Shown: piece by piece, positions 19,201 through 32,028 of the stretch
Layout: every line of letters begins with the position of its first letter
Position numbering within the stretch: the first letter of the stretch is position 1
Source of the DNA: Piromyces finnis finn
Taxonomy: Eukaryota > Fungi > Neocallimastigomycota
Length of the DNA stretch: 64,000 nt
Reading direction: 5' to 3'
NCBI GenBank assembly: GCA_002104945.1
Contig: MCFH01000003.1
Location: 806,001 to 870,000, forward strand
Made by a program: the position numbers and the translations under genes
The notes under the pieces: model-generated
Database searches by the model: none
What the model was told of the DNA's origin: nothing
Seen by the model: only the letters and a program-made list of their open reading frames with translations

Positions 19201-21798
19201 TTGTTCATTTGATCATATTTATGGAAGTAATATATACAAAGATATATAAAATGAATAAATTATATTATATATACATATATTAATAAGGTTTTTTCATATT
19301 ATTACATTAATATATCATAAATAAAAAAGAAAAAGGCATTTCTCTAAATACTGGTTATTTTTCAATAAAAAATAGCGAAGTAGTTAATTCATATTTTGAA
19401 AATGGCTTTTTATACTATCCTGAAAATATAATTATCAGTACTTCCTTTTCTTTTGAAAATTTTATTTTTTCAAATAATAAATCCAATAAGGGTACATTTC
19501 TTCATATAAGTGATTGTATTTCGAGCAATAATTACTCTTTATTGGTCAGTAATTCATCATTTAAAAATAATTCAGCTGAAAAATTTGGAGGGGTTATTTA
19601 TTCTGAAGCAAAAAAAGGATTTAGTGAAAATTCTTCTGTATTTAAAAATAATGTATTTGAAAATAATACGGCTTCTCTTGGTAAACTAAAACATCTTTTT
19701 TTTTTATTATTCATAAAACTACAATAAAATAAAAAAAAACAGAAGTCAAATAAATAATAACTTTTAAACTTAATCATACTTTCTATTAATACTTTAATTA
19801 TAATTATGATAATATATAAAATAATTAATAAATGTTTTTTATGTAGGAAAAATTTCATATGTTTTTGATCTTAATCATGAATCAAAGATTCTTCCAGAAT
19901 CATTATTGATGGATTTAAAAAAAATTGATAATAATTTTGTAACAAATCCAACGTATTTAAAATTTGATGAAAATTATAATAATACTATTGAAATATATTC
20001 TGGTGATAGATTAGAACAGGAATATTCAAGTAGGCTTTTATTCAAATACATAATATTTATAAAAAGTATGAAAAGTTAAAAGTAATTGTTATACTAATTT
20101 ATAATGATATTGTTTTTGTTTTTATCTTCATGTATATATATTCTAGGTAGTATATACGACGACTATGGAAATAGTAAATATCCAAAAAAATATAATTCTT
20201 TCATATAAAATATATAAATAAAGTTTTATTATTGTATTTATCATAACTAATTTTTTTTGTTTTTTATTATCTATCTATAAAGAATTTTCATTCTCTAATG
20301 ATATCAATGATTATGAAATAAAAGATTTGTTATTTTATGAAATTTCTTTTTATGGAAAGGAAGATGAAACCTTACGCTCAAAAATATACGGTTCAAATAG
20401 AAGCTATTGTTTAAATAATTCATGCAAATTTAAAAATTTAAGATGTAAATATTATTTTAAATATTATATCAAATATTATTATTATTATTATTATTATTAT
20501 CATTATTATTATTATTATTAATGAAGAAAAGTAATGAATAATAACGATCTTTTTATTTTCACTTTCATTGGCACTTTTTTAAAATATATAAAGTGGTTGG
20601 AACTCCTGGTGACTACGTATTAGAATTAAAAATAGTTGGATTTGGTAAATATAGATAAGAAGAATAATACCATTATAATAAATTATAATTAATTAATTAA
20701 TGATCATTTATAATAAATATAATATATCATATTAAATTTGAAAAAAAAAAAAAAAGGAAATTATGAAGAATTTTTAAATAATTCAATAAAATTAAATGTT
20801 AAAATTAAAGAATGCAACGAACCTGGGTATATATATCAAGATAAAGATGGTGAAAATATAAAATCATGGTAAAACATCATTGATATTATTATAAATGTTA
20901 TATATATATATTATATATTTTACTTTTTTTTTTTTTTTAATTTATTAAACAAATGAATTACTTCTAATATAATATTACCATATTATTCATAAATATAAAA
21001 TTTTAAATATTGTATTGTAAATTAATCATTATATATATTATATATGAAAATTGATATTTGTATTTATCCTTTTTTATATTTTTACATAGTTATAAACCAA
21101 TATGTAATCCAAAATGTTCTAACCAAGGTGTATGTATTAACGATAATATATGTGATTGTTCAAAAACATCCTATACTGGAAGGATATGTTCTGAAAGATA
21201 TAGACTTGAAAAAAATAAAATTTTCAATTATATAATTCTCGTTATTTCAATTGGTCTTATCATTGTAACAATTGGGTCAATATATTTTGTTTTCCATTAT
21301 AGAAAAAATGAAATAATTAAAGCAGGTAATATAAATAAAATAAAACATTCATTCTTTTATATGAAATGAACATATATGATATATTATACAACAATAATAA
21401 CAACTACAATAATAATAATATATATATATATTATAGCAAGTTACAATTTTATGGTATTAATTCTTATTGGATTAATACTAAATTTCATTTATATAATATT
21501 ACTGACAATGGAAATAAAATCATATAAAATATGTATTTATACATCTTTTATTAATAATATGGTATATATATCTTTTCATTTTTTTTACTAAAATATACAA
21601 TATTATAATGCTTAAATAAAAAAAAGGCATTAAGTTATTTCGATTAATTTTTTATAATATTAAATAATTAGGGATTTTCTTTGATATTTGGATCAATTAT
21701 ATCAAAAACATTAAGAGTTTACTACATGTAACTATATTAAAATTATTTTTATATATAAATATTAAACAATAACTTATATATAATATATAATATATAAA

Positions 21799-21829
<31 letters not shown>

Positions 21830-22714
21830 ATTATTATTAATATTATTATTAAAATATATATATAAATAATGTACTATATATTATTATATTATATTTATAT
21901 TATATATTATTATATTTATATTTATTTGGAATAAATTTATAGTTTTACACTTCAAACTACATCAACGAAATTTAATGGAATTATATACTATTTTTTAATT
22001 ATAGCTTTGTTAATATTTCATTCTTTTATCGATTTAAAATATTCTGTAACAAAATCGGTAAAGAAGATAGAATCATTAATCGATGAAATGGAGTATTCTG
22101 AATGCGAATATCCAAATGATGAAAAAATTAGGTAAATAATTGAGAACTTACACACATATATTATTATATGCTTAAAAAATATATTTAAATAAAACTATGA
22201 CATATACATTCGATTAAATCTAATTTTTTTTATAATTCTCTATAACATTTTATAAAGGTTAATGGTTAATTTAATTATTGTTATTATTGGATGTATTTCA
22301 ACCTACAGAATGAGATATATAAGTCATATATTTAGAGAGGTAAATATAAATAGATAAATATATTAAATGTTTTTAAGCTGTTAAAGATTTAAACTTTTTT
22401 TTTAATTATTAAACAAATAATATATATATGTAATATATATAATATAATGTTTCTATATTTCGTAGCCTTTAGCTATTCCTTTATATTCCTATTTAATTTA
22501 TATTGGTTTTGTATTCGTAATATATCTCACAAAATTCATTAGTGGAAATGTTTATCAACTTTTATTTATTGTCAATACTATTGGAACAATATTTTATTCA
22601 ATGATTATTCTTTACTTTTTATTATTTATTAAATTCTACAATATTATTAAGAATAAAAAGAAACACATTAGAAATAAGTACGATAATAAGATTTTAACAT
22701 ATATTAAGAAATAA
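16296..22714 (+). CDS. Class C GPCR-like receptor, beta-helix/EGF ectodomain, copy 2 (multi-exon)
   Basis: Same exon series as copy 1. ATG 16296. Last exon 22466-22714 ends ILTYIKK-stop. The 3' half is nearly identical to copy 1; the 5' end is nearly identical to copy 3. Confidence 0.8.
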
Positions 22715-23446
22715 AAAAAAAGAAAAATTATGCAATACTTTATATCGATTTATAAAGTAAAAAATATAAAAAAAGAAAAAGAAAATATAAATATTATTCT
22801 ATAAATATAAAAGTAGTATTATTTATTCTTTTAATCCGTAAGCTTTAGAATTCTATTAAAATTTATTAAAAGTAAGAAATAAAAATAAAATAAAAAAAAA
22901 ACATTACTTTAAATTTTAATTATACAAAATAACTATATAAAAATAAAGGAAAAAAAATTTTATTAAACATGAAACCTTTTTTTATCTACTATATTTATTG
23001 TTACTGATTTCAGTTATTAAAGATTAAAATTATATAAAAAGAAAAAAAAAACTAATTTTATTAATATTTCCTAAATTTTTAAATATAAACTGTATAGATA
23101 TATTATTTTTCCCTTTTTAAAATTTAAAAATATTAAAATAGGATAAATAATAAAGTTTTCATAATTGTTACAATAATTTTAAAATATAATAAAAAAAAAA
23201 AAAAGAAATTTTTTGTGTTTTTATAACTAGACGGAAAATTAAAATATTTTCAATTTTTTAAATTCATATAACTTGGTACTTTTTTTTTTTTTTTTTTGAA
23301 TTTGATTAACAAAACTTTAAAAGCATTTTCAATTATTATTTAAAAAAATAATAATAAAATAAAATATTATAAAAATCAAATCTATTATTCTATTACAAAT
23401 TTTAGTTTTTCTTTTTTTTTTTTTTTCAAATGATGAATTATCAACA

Positions 23447-26400
23447 ATGTATATAATATTAAAATTATTCTATTTATTTAGTTTTATTAGAATAATAAGG
23501 ATTGTTAATGGTATCGATATTAATAATGAAAAAGATTTTGTAGAAAATATTAATAATAATAAAAAAGAAGAACAAATTTTTAGGATTCATAATGAAATAA
23601 TAATCAATGATAAGGATATTCTGTCACCATCGATAAAAAATATTACTATTATAGGATCCACGAAAGAAGAATCTATCATTAATTTTAAAAATAATGACTC
23701 AATTAATATATTATTTTCAAAGTATTGTCAATCCATTTTTTTAAAAGATATAACGTTTATTGGCAATCTTCAATTCATTGATAATCAAAATATAACTTTT
23801 AATAATGTTAATTATAATGGATATTATATAGCGGAGCATACATATGAAGATGAAGATAATAACTCAGAAATTAAAGTATATGATTCGAATTTTATTCTAC
23901 CAAATATACGTCAAGGTTATGAAATTAAAAATTGGAATATTGATATTTTTAGATCTAATTTTTATGGAAACAATCAACATGAAATGTATATGATAAAATT
24001 TAAAAGTACACTAGAACAAAGTAATATATTAAAGATAGATCAAACATTTTTTGATGGTAATTTCCATAATAGTGCTCTTCATTGTGACTACGGTAGTATC
24101 ATTATATATAGTTCGGCATTTCAAAAATGTTATAATGGAAATAATTTGAAGGGGTAAATTTATTTTATATTGGGTGTTAATGTTCATTTAATACATATTT
24201 ATTATAAAATATTTTTGATATTAATATATAATATAATTATATACAATTATATATTAATTATATAACAAAAACAACAATAAAAATAACAATAATGACAATG
24301 ACAACAATATTAACAATAATAAATAATAATGAATAATAATATATCAATACCTATATTCATTATACTGTTATAATCACATGAATAAACATGATATAGAGGA
24401 GGTGCAATATCATTTCTCAATACAGATAATACATTATATAATATAACATTTGAAAATAATTACTCTGATTTTGCAGGTGGCTCTATTTTTCTTGAAAACA
24501 CTTATTCCTCAAATATAGATTCAATTAATTTTTATAATTCTAGTTCTATTTCTGTAAATATATATATATATATATTATTTGTTGAATTATTTTTATATTG
24601 TTTTAAAATATATGTTTCATAACATTATAATAATGCCATATCATATATATTAAGACAATCAATAATATATCATTAAAATATTCAATATATTTTTTCTATT
24701 TTAATAATCTAGGGTAATACATTTGCTACTATTAATAATAATCAATATAATTCAGATATAGAAATACATAATATATATCAATATGGCAATTGTACAAATA
24801 ATTATAATGTCAAGGGTTCAATTTTTAGGTATTTTATATTAATAGATAGAAAAAATAGTTAGTTAAATAGATAGTAGATATAGCATAGGAATGTTAGCAT
24901 TAATAAACATATAAATAAATAATTATTTCAAATTATCAATTTATTATTTATTAAAAATCCCTATAATTAAAATATTAAATTCAAGTTCATCTGGATCCAA
25001 TGTTATTAGAATGACTAATTTTTATGGTAAAAATTTATGTTATGGTGATGTGATTAACGTTGAAGGTGATGGGAAAATAGCATTAAGGTAATTATTATAT
25101 TAAAAAAAAAGTTAGAAAAAAAACACTTTAATTACATATAAATTGTAGAGACCTTATTTTTTTATTATAATTAAAAATGATATATGAATTTTAACTTTAT
25201 TTCCCATAATATATTTTCAAAAAATCAAAAATTAAATATATTTAATTATCAATAACAAAAATATTTTAATATTATAAATAAAAAAAAATTCATAAAGTAA
25301 CTTTCATGTTGAAAACATTTACTTTAAATATGAAAATTCCCTCATAAAAACACATAATCCTCAAAAAAATGGCCCAAATGTTTCATTATCAAGTTGTTCA
25401 ATTAAGAATTTATATCAAAATTTTGAATTTTATTCTGCATCATTAATTACTATTAACCAAGGAATAGTTAAATTTGATAAGTACGCACACATATATATAT
25501 ATCATAAGTATCATAATAATTATACTATTATTAAAACCTAATTTTATTTCAATTTATATTTTTAAATTATAGCTGTAATATAGATAATATCAATGGAATT
25601 AAAATGGGGTACGTATAAATGAGATATTTATTTATTTTTAATTTAAAAAAAAATTTAACAAAAATATAAAATATAAATTGTAAAATATTTAATAAAAAAA
25701 AAAAAGACTTACTTCTCAGGAAAACCAAGGAATAGTTCATTTTATAAGTACTGTAATAAATAATATATATTCAAAATATCCAGAACCCATTTTTTATTCA
25801 AAAAACTATTATAAATATTTTTCTGAACGTTCGTATTTCATTTTTCTTTATATAAAATTACTTTTTCATATTACATATTCATATATTCATATATATTTGC
25901 TTTAAAATATTAATATAGCTGGTATATATATGTATAATACTACATTAAGTAATATTTTTCAAGATGGAGGTACTAAATTATCATTCATATAAATATATAT
26001 AAATATATATCATTTTTATAATTATTTTTATTTAATATTTCTTATAATATATTTTCAAATAAGTTATATTCCATTTAAGTAATATGCTTGTTAATTTATA
26101 TAGAGTATCAGTAAATATATTATTATTAACATTTAAATTTTTTTATATTTGAATGTATATAGACTTAATTATCATCCCTTTAGTTTACTAAAGATTGTTT
26201 TTTTTTTTTTATTTAATAAAAAGCTTTATAATATACATGAATGTTACAAAACTAATAGTTGTAATTCATTTAAAGAAAAATTTTCAGAAACATTTGATTC
26301 ATCTCTATTATATCATTCATCAGAAATAAAAATAACATTAAATCACTGTTCTTTTGATCATATTTATGGAAGTAAATATATTAAATAATATTAAATTTTT

Positions 26401-29400
26401 TATTAATTTATTTTCTACGTAATAATAAATGTTTATGTTATCTACAATAAATAAAAATAAAAGAAAAAGGAATGAAATTAAATGATGGATATATTTCTTT
26501 TAAAAATAGTCAAATTGTTAATTCATACTTTGAAAATGGTTTTCTCTACTATCCAAATAATAATAATAAGGAAATTGAAGTTTCTTATAATTTTGAAAAT
26601 GTAACATTTTCAAATAATAAGTCAAATAAAGGTACATTTCTACATATTAGTGATGTTATTTCTGGTTCTAAATTTCTTCTTGACGTTAGAAAATCGAATT
26701 TTATAAATAATACTGCTGAATACTTTGGCGGTGTAATTTATTCAGAAGCAAAAAAAGATTTCAGTTGTTACAATTTAATATTTAAAAATAGTATATTTGA
26801 AGATAATACCGCTATTCTTGGTAAATTAAATAGTATAATGAAAAGAAAGAAAATAACTACAATATAAAAAAATTTTTTATTTTAACCACATGATATAATA
26901 TACAATGTATAAAATAATATAAATATATAAAAATTTGCTTTTATATTTAGGGAAAATATCATATGTCTTTGATATTGAACATGAAATGCTTTTCTTTCCA
27001 ACTTCATTATTAGATGATTTAAAAAGTTTTAATAATAATTTTGTAACAAATCCAACCTATTTAATGTTTGATGAAGATTACAATAATACAATTGAAATAT
27101 ATTCTGGTGATAGAATCGACCAGGAATATTCAAGTATACTTATTAAAAATAAAAAAAAATTAATATAAATAAAAATTATTAATATATATGTATTGTATAT
27201 TTTTTTATTGCTTATATATATGTGTATATAATTTATTATTAGGTAGTATATACGATGATTATGGAAATAGTAAATATCTTTCAAAAAATTATTACATAAA
27301 TATATAAAACACCACGTTTTATTTTTTTTTTAAGTAATTTCATAATTTATTATAATCTATATAGAATTTTCACTTTCGGATGATATAAGTAATTCCAAAA
27401 TCGAAGATTTGATATTTTACGAAATGCTTTTTTATGGAAAAAAAAATGAAGTATTACGTTCAAAGATATATGGTTCAACTAAAAGCTACTGTCTAAATAA
27501 TTCGTGCAAATTTAAAAATTTAAGATGTAAATGATATTTTAATTATCATTATTACTAATTAATTTATATAATGCAATTATTATTATTATATATATTTCAT
27601 GTATATATAATATTGGTGCCTTTATCATAATTTTTTTTATTAATGTATATGTTTTTTGAAATATATAAATATAGTGGTTGGACCTCCTGGTGACTATGTA
27701 TTAGAATTAAAAATTGTTGGATTTGGTAAATATAATGATAAGAAGAATACTATTATACCAAAGTATAAGGAATGAATGAATATTTATAATTAATAATTAA
27801 TATTATATACATTCAATATTAAATTTGAAAAAAAGGGAATTATGAAGAATTTTTAAATAATTCGATAAAATTAAATGTTAAAATTAAAGAATGCAATGAA
27901 CCTGGATATATATATCAAGATAAAGATGGTGAAAATATAAAATCATGGTAAAATATTATAGATATTATGATAAATGATATATAAATTGTTATATACATTT
28001 TTTTTTACAATATTAAATAAATAAACTCCCCCCCCAATATACTAATTCTTTTATTATTTATAATTCTAAAATTTTAAATATATTGTAAATTACTTTGTAT
28101 ATGAAAATAAAATGAATATTTGTATAACTTTACATAGTTATAAACCAATTTGTAATCCAAAATGTTCTAATCAAGGTGTATGTATTAATGATAATATATG
28201 TGATTGTTCAAAAACAACCTATACCGGAAGAATATGTTCTGAAAGAAATAGACTTGGAAAAAATAAAATTTTCAATCAAATCATTTATATTATTTCGATT
28301 GGTTTTATCATTGTAACAATAGGGTCAATATATTTTGTTTTCCATCATAGAAAAAACGAAATAATTAAAGCAGGTAATATATGAAAAAAAAATTAAATAA
28401 ATTAAGCATTCTTATATGGTATTAACATATATTTAATAATAAATAACAATATTTATATTACATTTTATAGCAAGTTTTAACTTTATGATAATAATTCTCA
28501 TTGGATTAATATTAAATTTCATTTATGTAATACTATTGACATTAGAAATAACGTCATACAAAATCTGTATTTTATTATCTGTAGTTAATAATTTGGTAAA
28601 GGTTTTTTTTATATATATAAATATAAATATATGATAAATATAAAATATAAATAACATTAAATAATAATGAAAAAAAAAATAAATTTTAAAATTATAAACA
28701 TTTTAAAAAAAAAAAAAAAAAATAGGGATTTTCTTTAGTATTTGGATCAATTATATCAAAAACATTAAGAGTTTACTATATGTAATTAAACAATACCTAT
28801 TATTATGTTAATTATTATATTATATTAGTGAATTACTAACATATAACATATATATCTTCTTTTATATATATATATTTATAATTATATAATATGATATAAC
28901 ATGGTATATGTGTATATATTATTATATTTTTATATTATTTAAAATAATTTTAAATAGTTTTACCCTTAAAACCGCATCAATTAAAATCAATGGGATTTCA
29001 AACTATTGTTTAATTATAACTCTGTTAATATTTCATTTTTTTATTGATTTCAGGCATTTAATAACAAAATCTGTTAAAAAAAAAGAATCCTTAACCATCG
29101 ATGAAATGGAGTATTCTGAATGTGACTATCCACATGATGAAAGAATTAGGTATATATGATATATGTTTAAATATAATTATCAATTTATTTGAAGATGAAC
29201 AATGTATTAATTAGAAAAAAAAAATACTATTTATATTTAATATTTTATAAAGATTAATAATTAACTTTATTATTATTCTTATTGGATGTATTTGGACCTA
29301 CAGAATGAGATATATAAGTCATATATTTAGAGAGGTTAACTAACATGTTTTATATTCTAAAAAAAGAAATACATTTATATTTACATACATAGAAATAGAC

Positions 29401-29802
29401 ACTCTAAATTAATACTTTTTTAACGATAGACATATAGACATCTATATAATATCTATATATAAGACAATATATTAACTTTTTTTTAAAATATATATATTTT
29501 ATATATTTTAGCCTTTGGCTGTTCCGTTTTATTCTTATTTAATTTATAAAGGAATTGTATTTATTATGGAAATTTTCTGTTCAAATATCAATAATCTATC
29601 CTATTTAGCGGATTCATTTGGAACAATATTATATTCATTTATTATTTTATATTTCTTATACTTTATAAAATTCTATAATATTCGATTTACTTTAAACAAA
29701 ATGGATAATAGACAACATCGTGCTTCTAACGTGTTGACATATATTAAGCAAGAAAAAGTATTTATAACGTCAAACTATGTCATGTCATCAAATGTTGTAT
29801 AA
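23447..29802 (+). CDS. Class C GPCR-like receptor, beta-helix/EGF ectodomain, copy 3 (most divergent 3' half)
   Basis: ATG 23447. FINNTAEYFGGVI and FEDNTAILG repeats. EGF-like CNPKCSNQGVCINDNICDCSKTTYTGRIC. GFSLVFGSIISKTLRVYY. Last exon ends at stop 29800-29802. Confidence 0.8.
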
Positions 29803-30503
29803 ATTATATATAAATTTTATATAAAAAAAGATAAAAAAAAGATTCTATACTAATTAGTTTTTAAATAGATTAAAAGTATAAAAAAAAAATTAAATAATTA
29901 ATTTTAAATGATAAAAAATACTATACAAATATAATATTAAAATTATCTAAACATTAAATATAATGCAAAAATAAACCATTCCAAAGTTAATACCATAATT
30001 CATTTTATATCATTACAATAATAAAAAAATTTTATTAAAATTAAGTAGTACTATCCCATCCAAAATTTATATATATATTTTAGAATATAAATGATATATG
30101 TTTTGATCATTAATAAATACTATATATTACTATAATATTAAATAATAAACTTTCACAAAAATTAAAAAAAAAAAAAAAAGAATCAATAAAATCACATACT
30201 ATATAACTAATTTTTAAATATTTAATTATAATTAACTTGTAACTAATAGATTACAAAAAAAAAATTATATTTTAATTTTATCTATTTTATTTTATGTCTT
30301 GTTTTCAATTTATTTTTGATGTTTTAAAAAGTTGACTCTGCCTATAAAATTAAATTTATATAGTTTAATTGAACTTTTTATAAATGTAACCTGATGTAAA
30401 AGAATAATTTATATTATTTTATAATAAATGATTATTCTGAAAGTATAATTTTTTTATAATTTGATATATATACCTTAACAATATATATATTATATCATAC
30501 AAT

Positions 30504-30535
<32 letters not shown>

Positions 30536-32028
30536 CAATAGAGATAAAAGAATTCTGTTATTAAACATAAAAAAACTGACCAATATTAATTTTGTTATTA
30601 TTCCATTTAATAAATTTAATATTACAATCAATAGCAGAATTGGTATGAACTTGAACTAATAACAAAATTCACACGATAACCATTAATCTTACTTTATATA
30701 TAACCATGTATAATTATATATATTTAAAACTCAAAATAAAGTTTAAACAAATAAAATAAAAATAAAAGATTTCAATAAAAAAACTAAAAATTAAATATTT
30801 AAAAAATTAAAAAAAAAGAAAAGGTACATGTATATAATAATTAAAGAGGATAAAAGGGTTTTCCTATTCCTTGACAATAATTCCTTGTGTATTAATTATT
30901 ACCTTTTGATTCCATATCTGAATTTCTTCTTTGTCTTATTCCTTTGAACCCTCAAAAAAAAAAAAAAAATAAAAATAAAAATTTTTAATCCATTTTAGAT
31001 TTTTGTGTTTTTTACCACACTTTTACAACATCTTTTTTTTTTTTCAGTTTCTAAACTTTATTTATACATTTTTTTTTCTAAAATAAATATTATATAATTT
31101 TTAACTTTTAAATGTTTTTTGTATTTATAATTTTTTTTTTTTTGGGATAAATATTATATAATCTTGATTTCCTTTTAATGTATTTGTTGGTTATCTTTTT
31201 TTCTTTTCTTTTTAAATAAAAGAATTTATGATTTTTCTGTTATTTAATAAGAATCTATATTTTATATGATTTTATATATTTTATATATTTTATATTTATA
31301 TCTATGATAACTATGTTAAAGTTTTTTAAATAATAATATATATATTTTTACTATTAAAATTAAAATAGTAAAAAAAAATTTTAAAATATCTATGAAAAAA
31401 AAATGAAATAATTTACTGCAATAAGTATTGTATAGAGTAAATTTCATATTAAAAATAAAAAATATAAAAAATAAAAATAATAAAAGATTTATTTTTAATA
31501 TTTTATAATTTCATTTTTTTTAAAAAAAGAAACTTCAAAGAAGTCATCTTGAATCTATATTAATTAAATAAATATATATAGAAAAAGAGGGAAATAATAA
31601 AAATAATTATTTATACAGTGCATTGTTTCGTATATTTATTTTAAAAACTTTTATTATTTACCTCTTTTTATATTTAAAAAAAAACAATCAAAAGATAAAC
31701 ATAAAGATTGTTTTTTTTTCTTTTCTATATTTAAACCAATCTTTTTTAAGATGGTGCTTTTTTTTTGGTTTGTTTGCTTGTTTTTAATATTTTTTTACCT
31801 TTTAAAAATTTCTTATCTATTTTAGAAATTTTTTATTTGAGGTTTTCTATATTTGATAGTAGTTGTAGAATTTTTTTTGTTATCTTTAATAACATGTGTT
31901 TGTTTTTATTTTTTATAAACCTTTAAAAAAATTTTCTTATTCATTTTAAAGGGTTTTGATAAGATTTTCTAAATTTGATAGTAGGAATTCTAATAATTTT
32001 CTTTTTAATTTAAATAGTATTTTATTTT

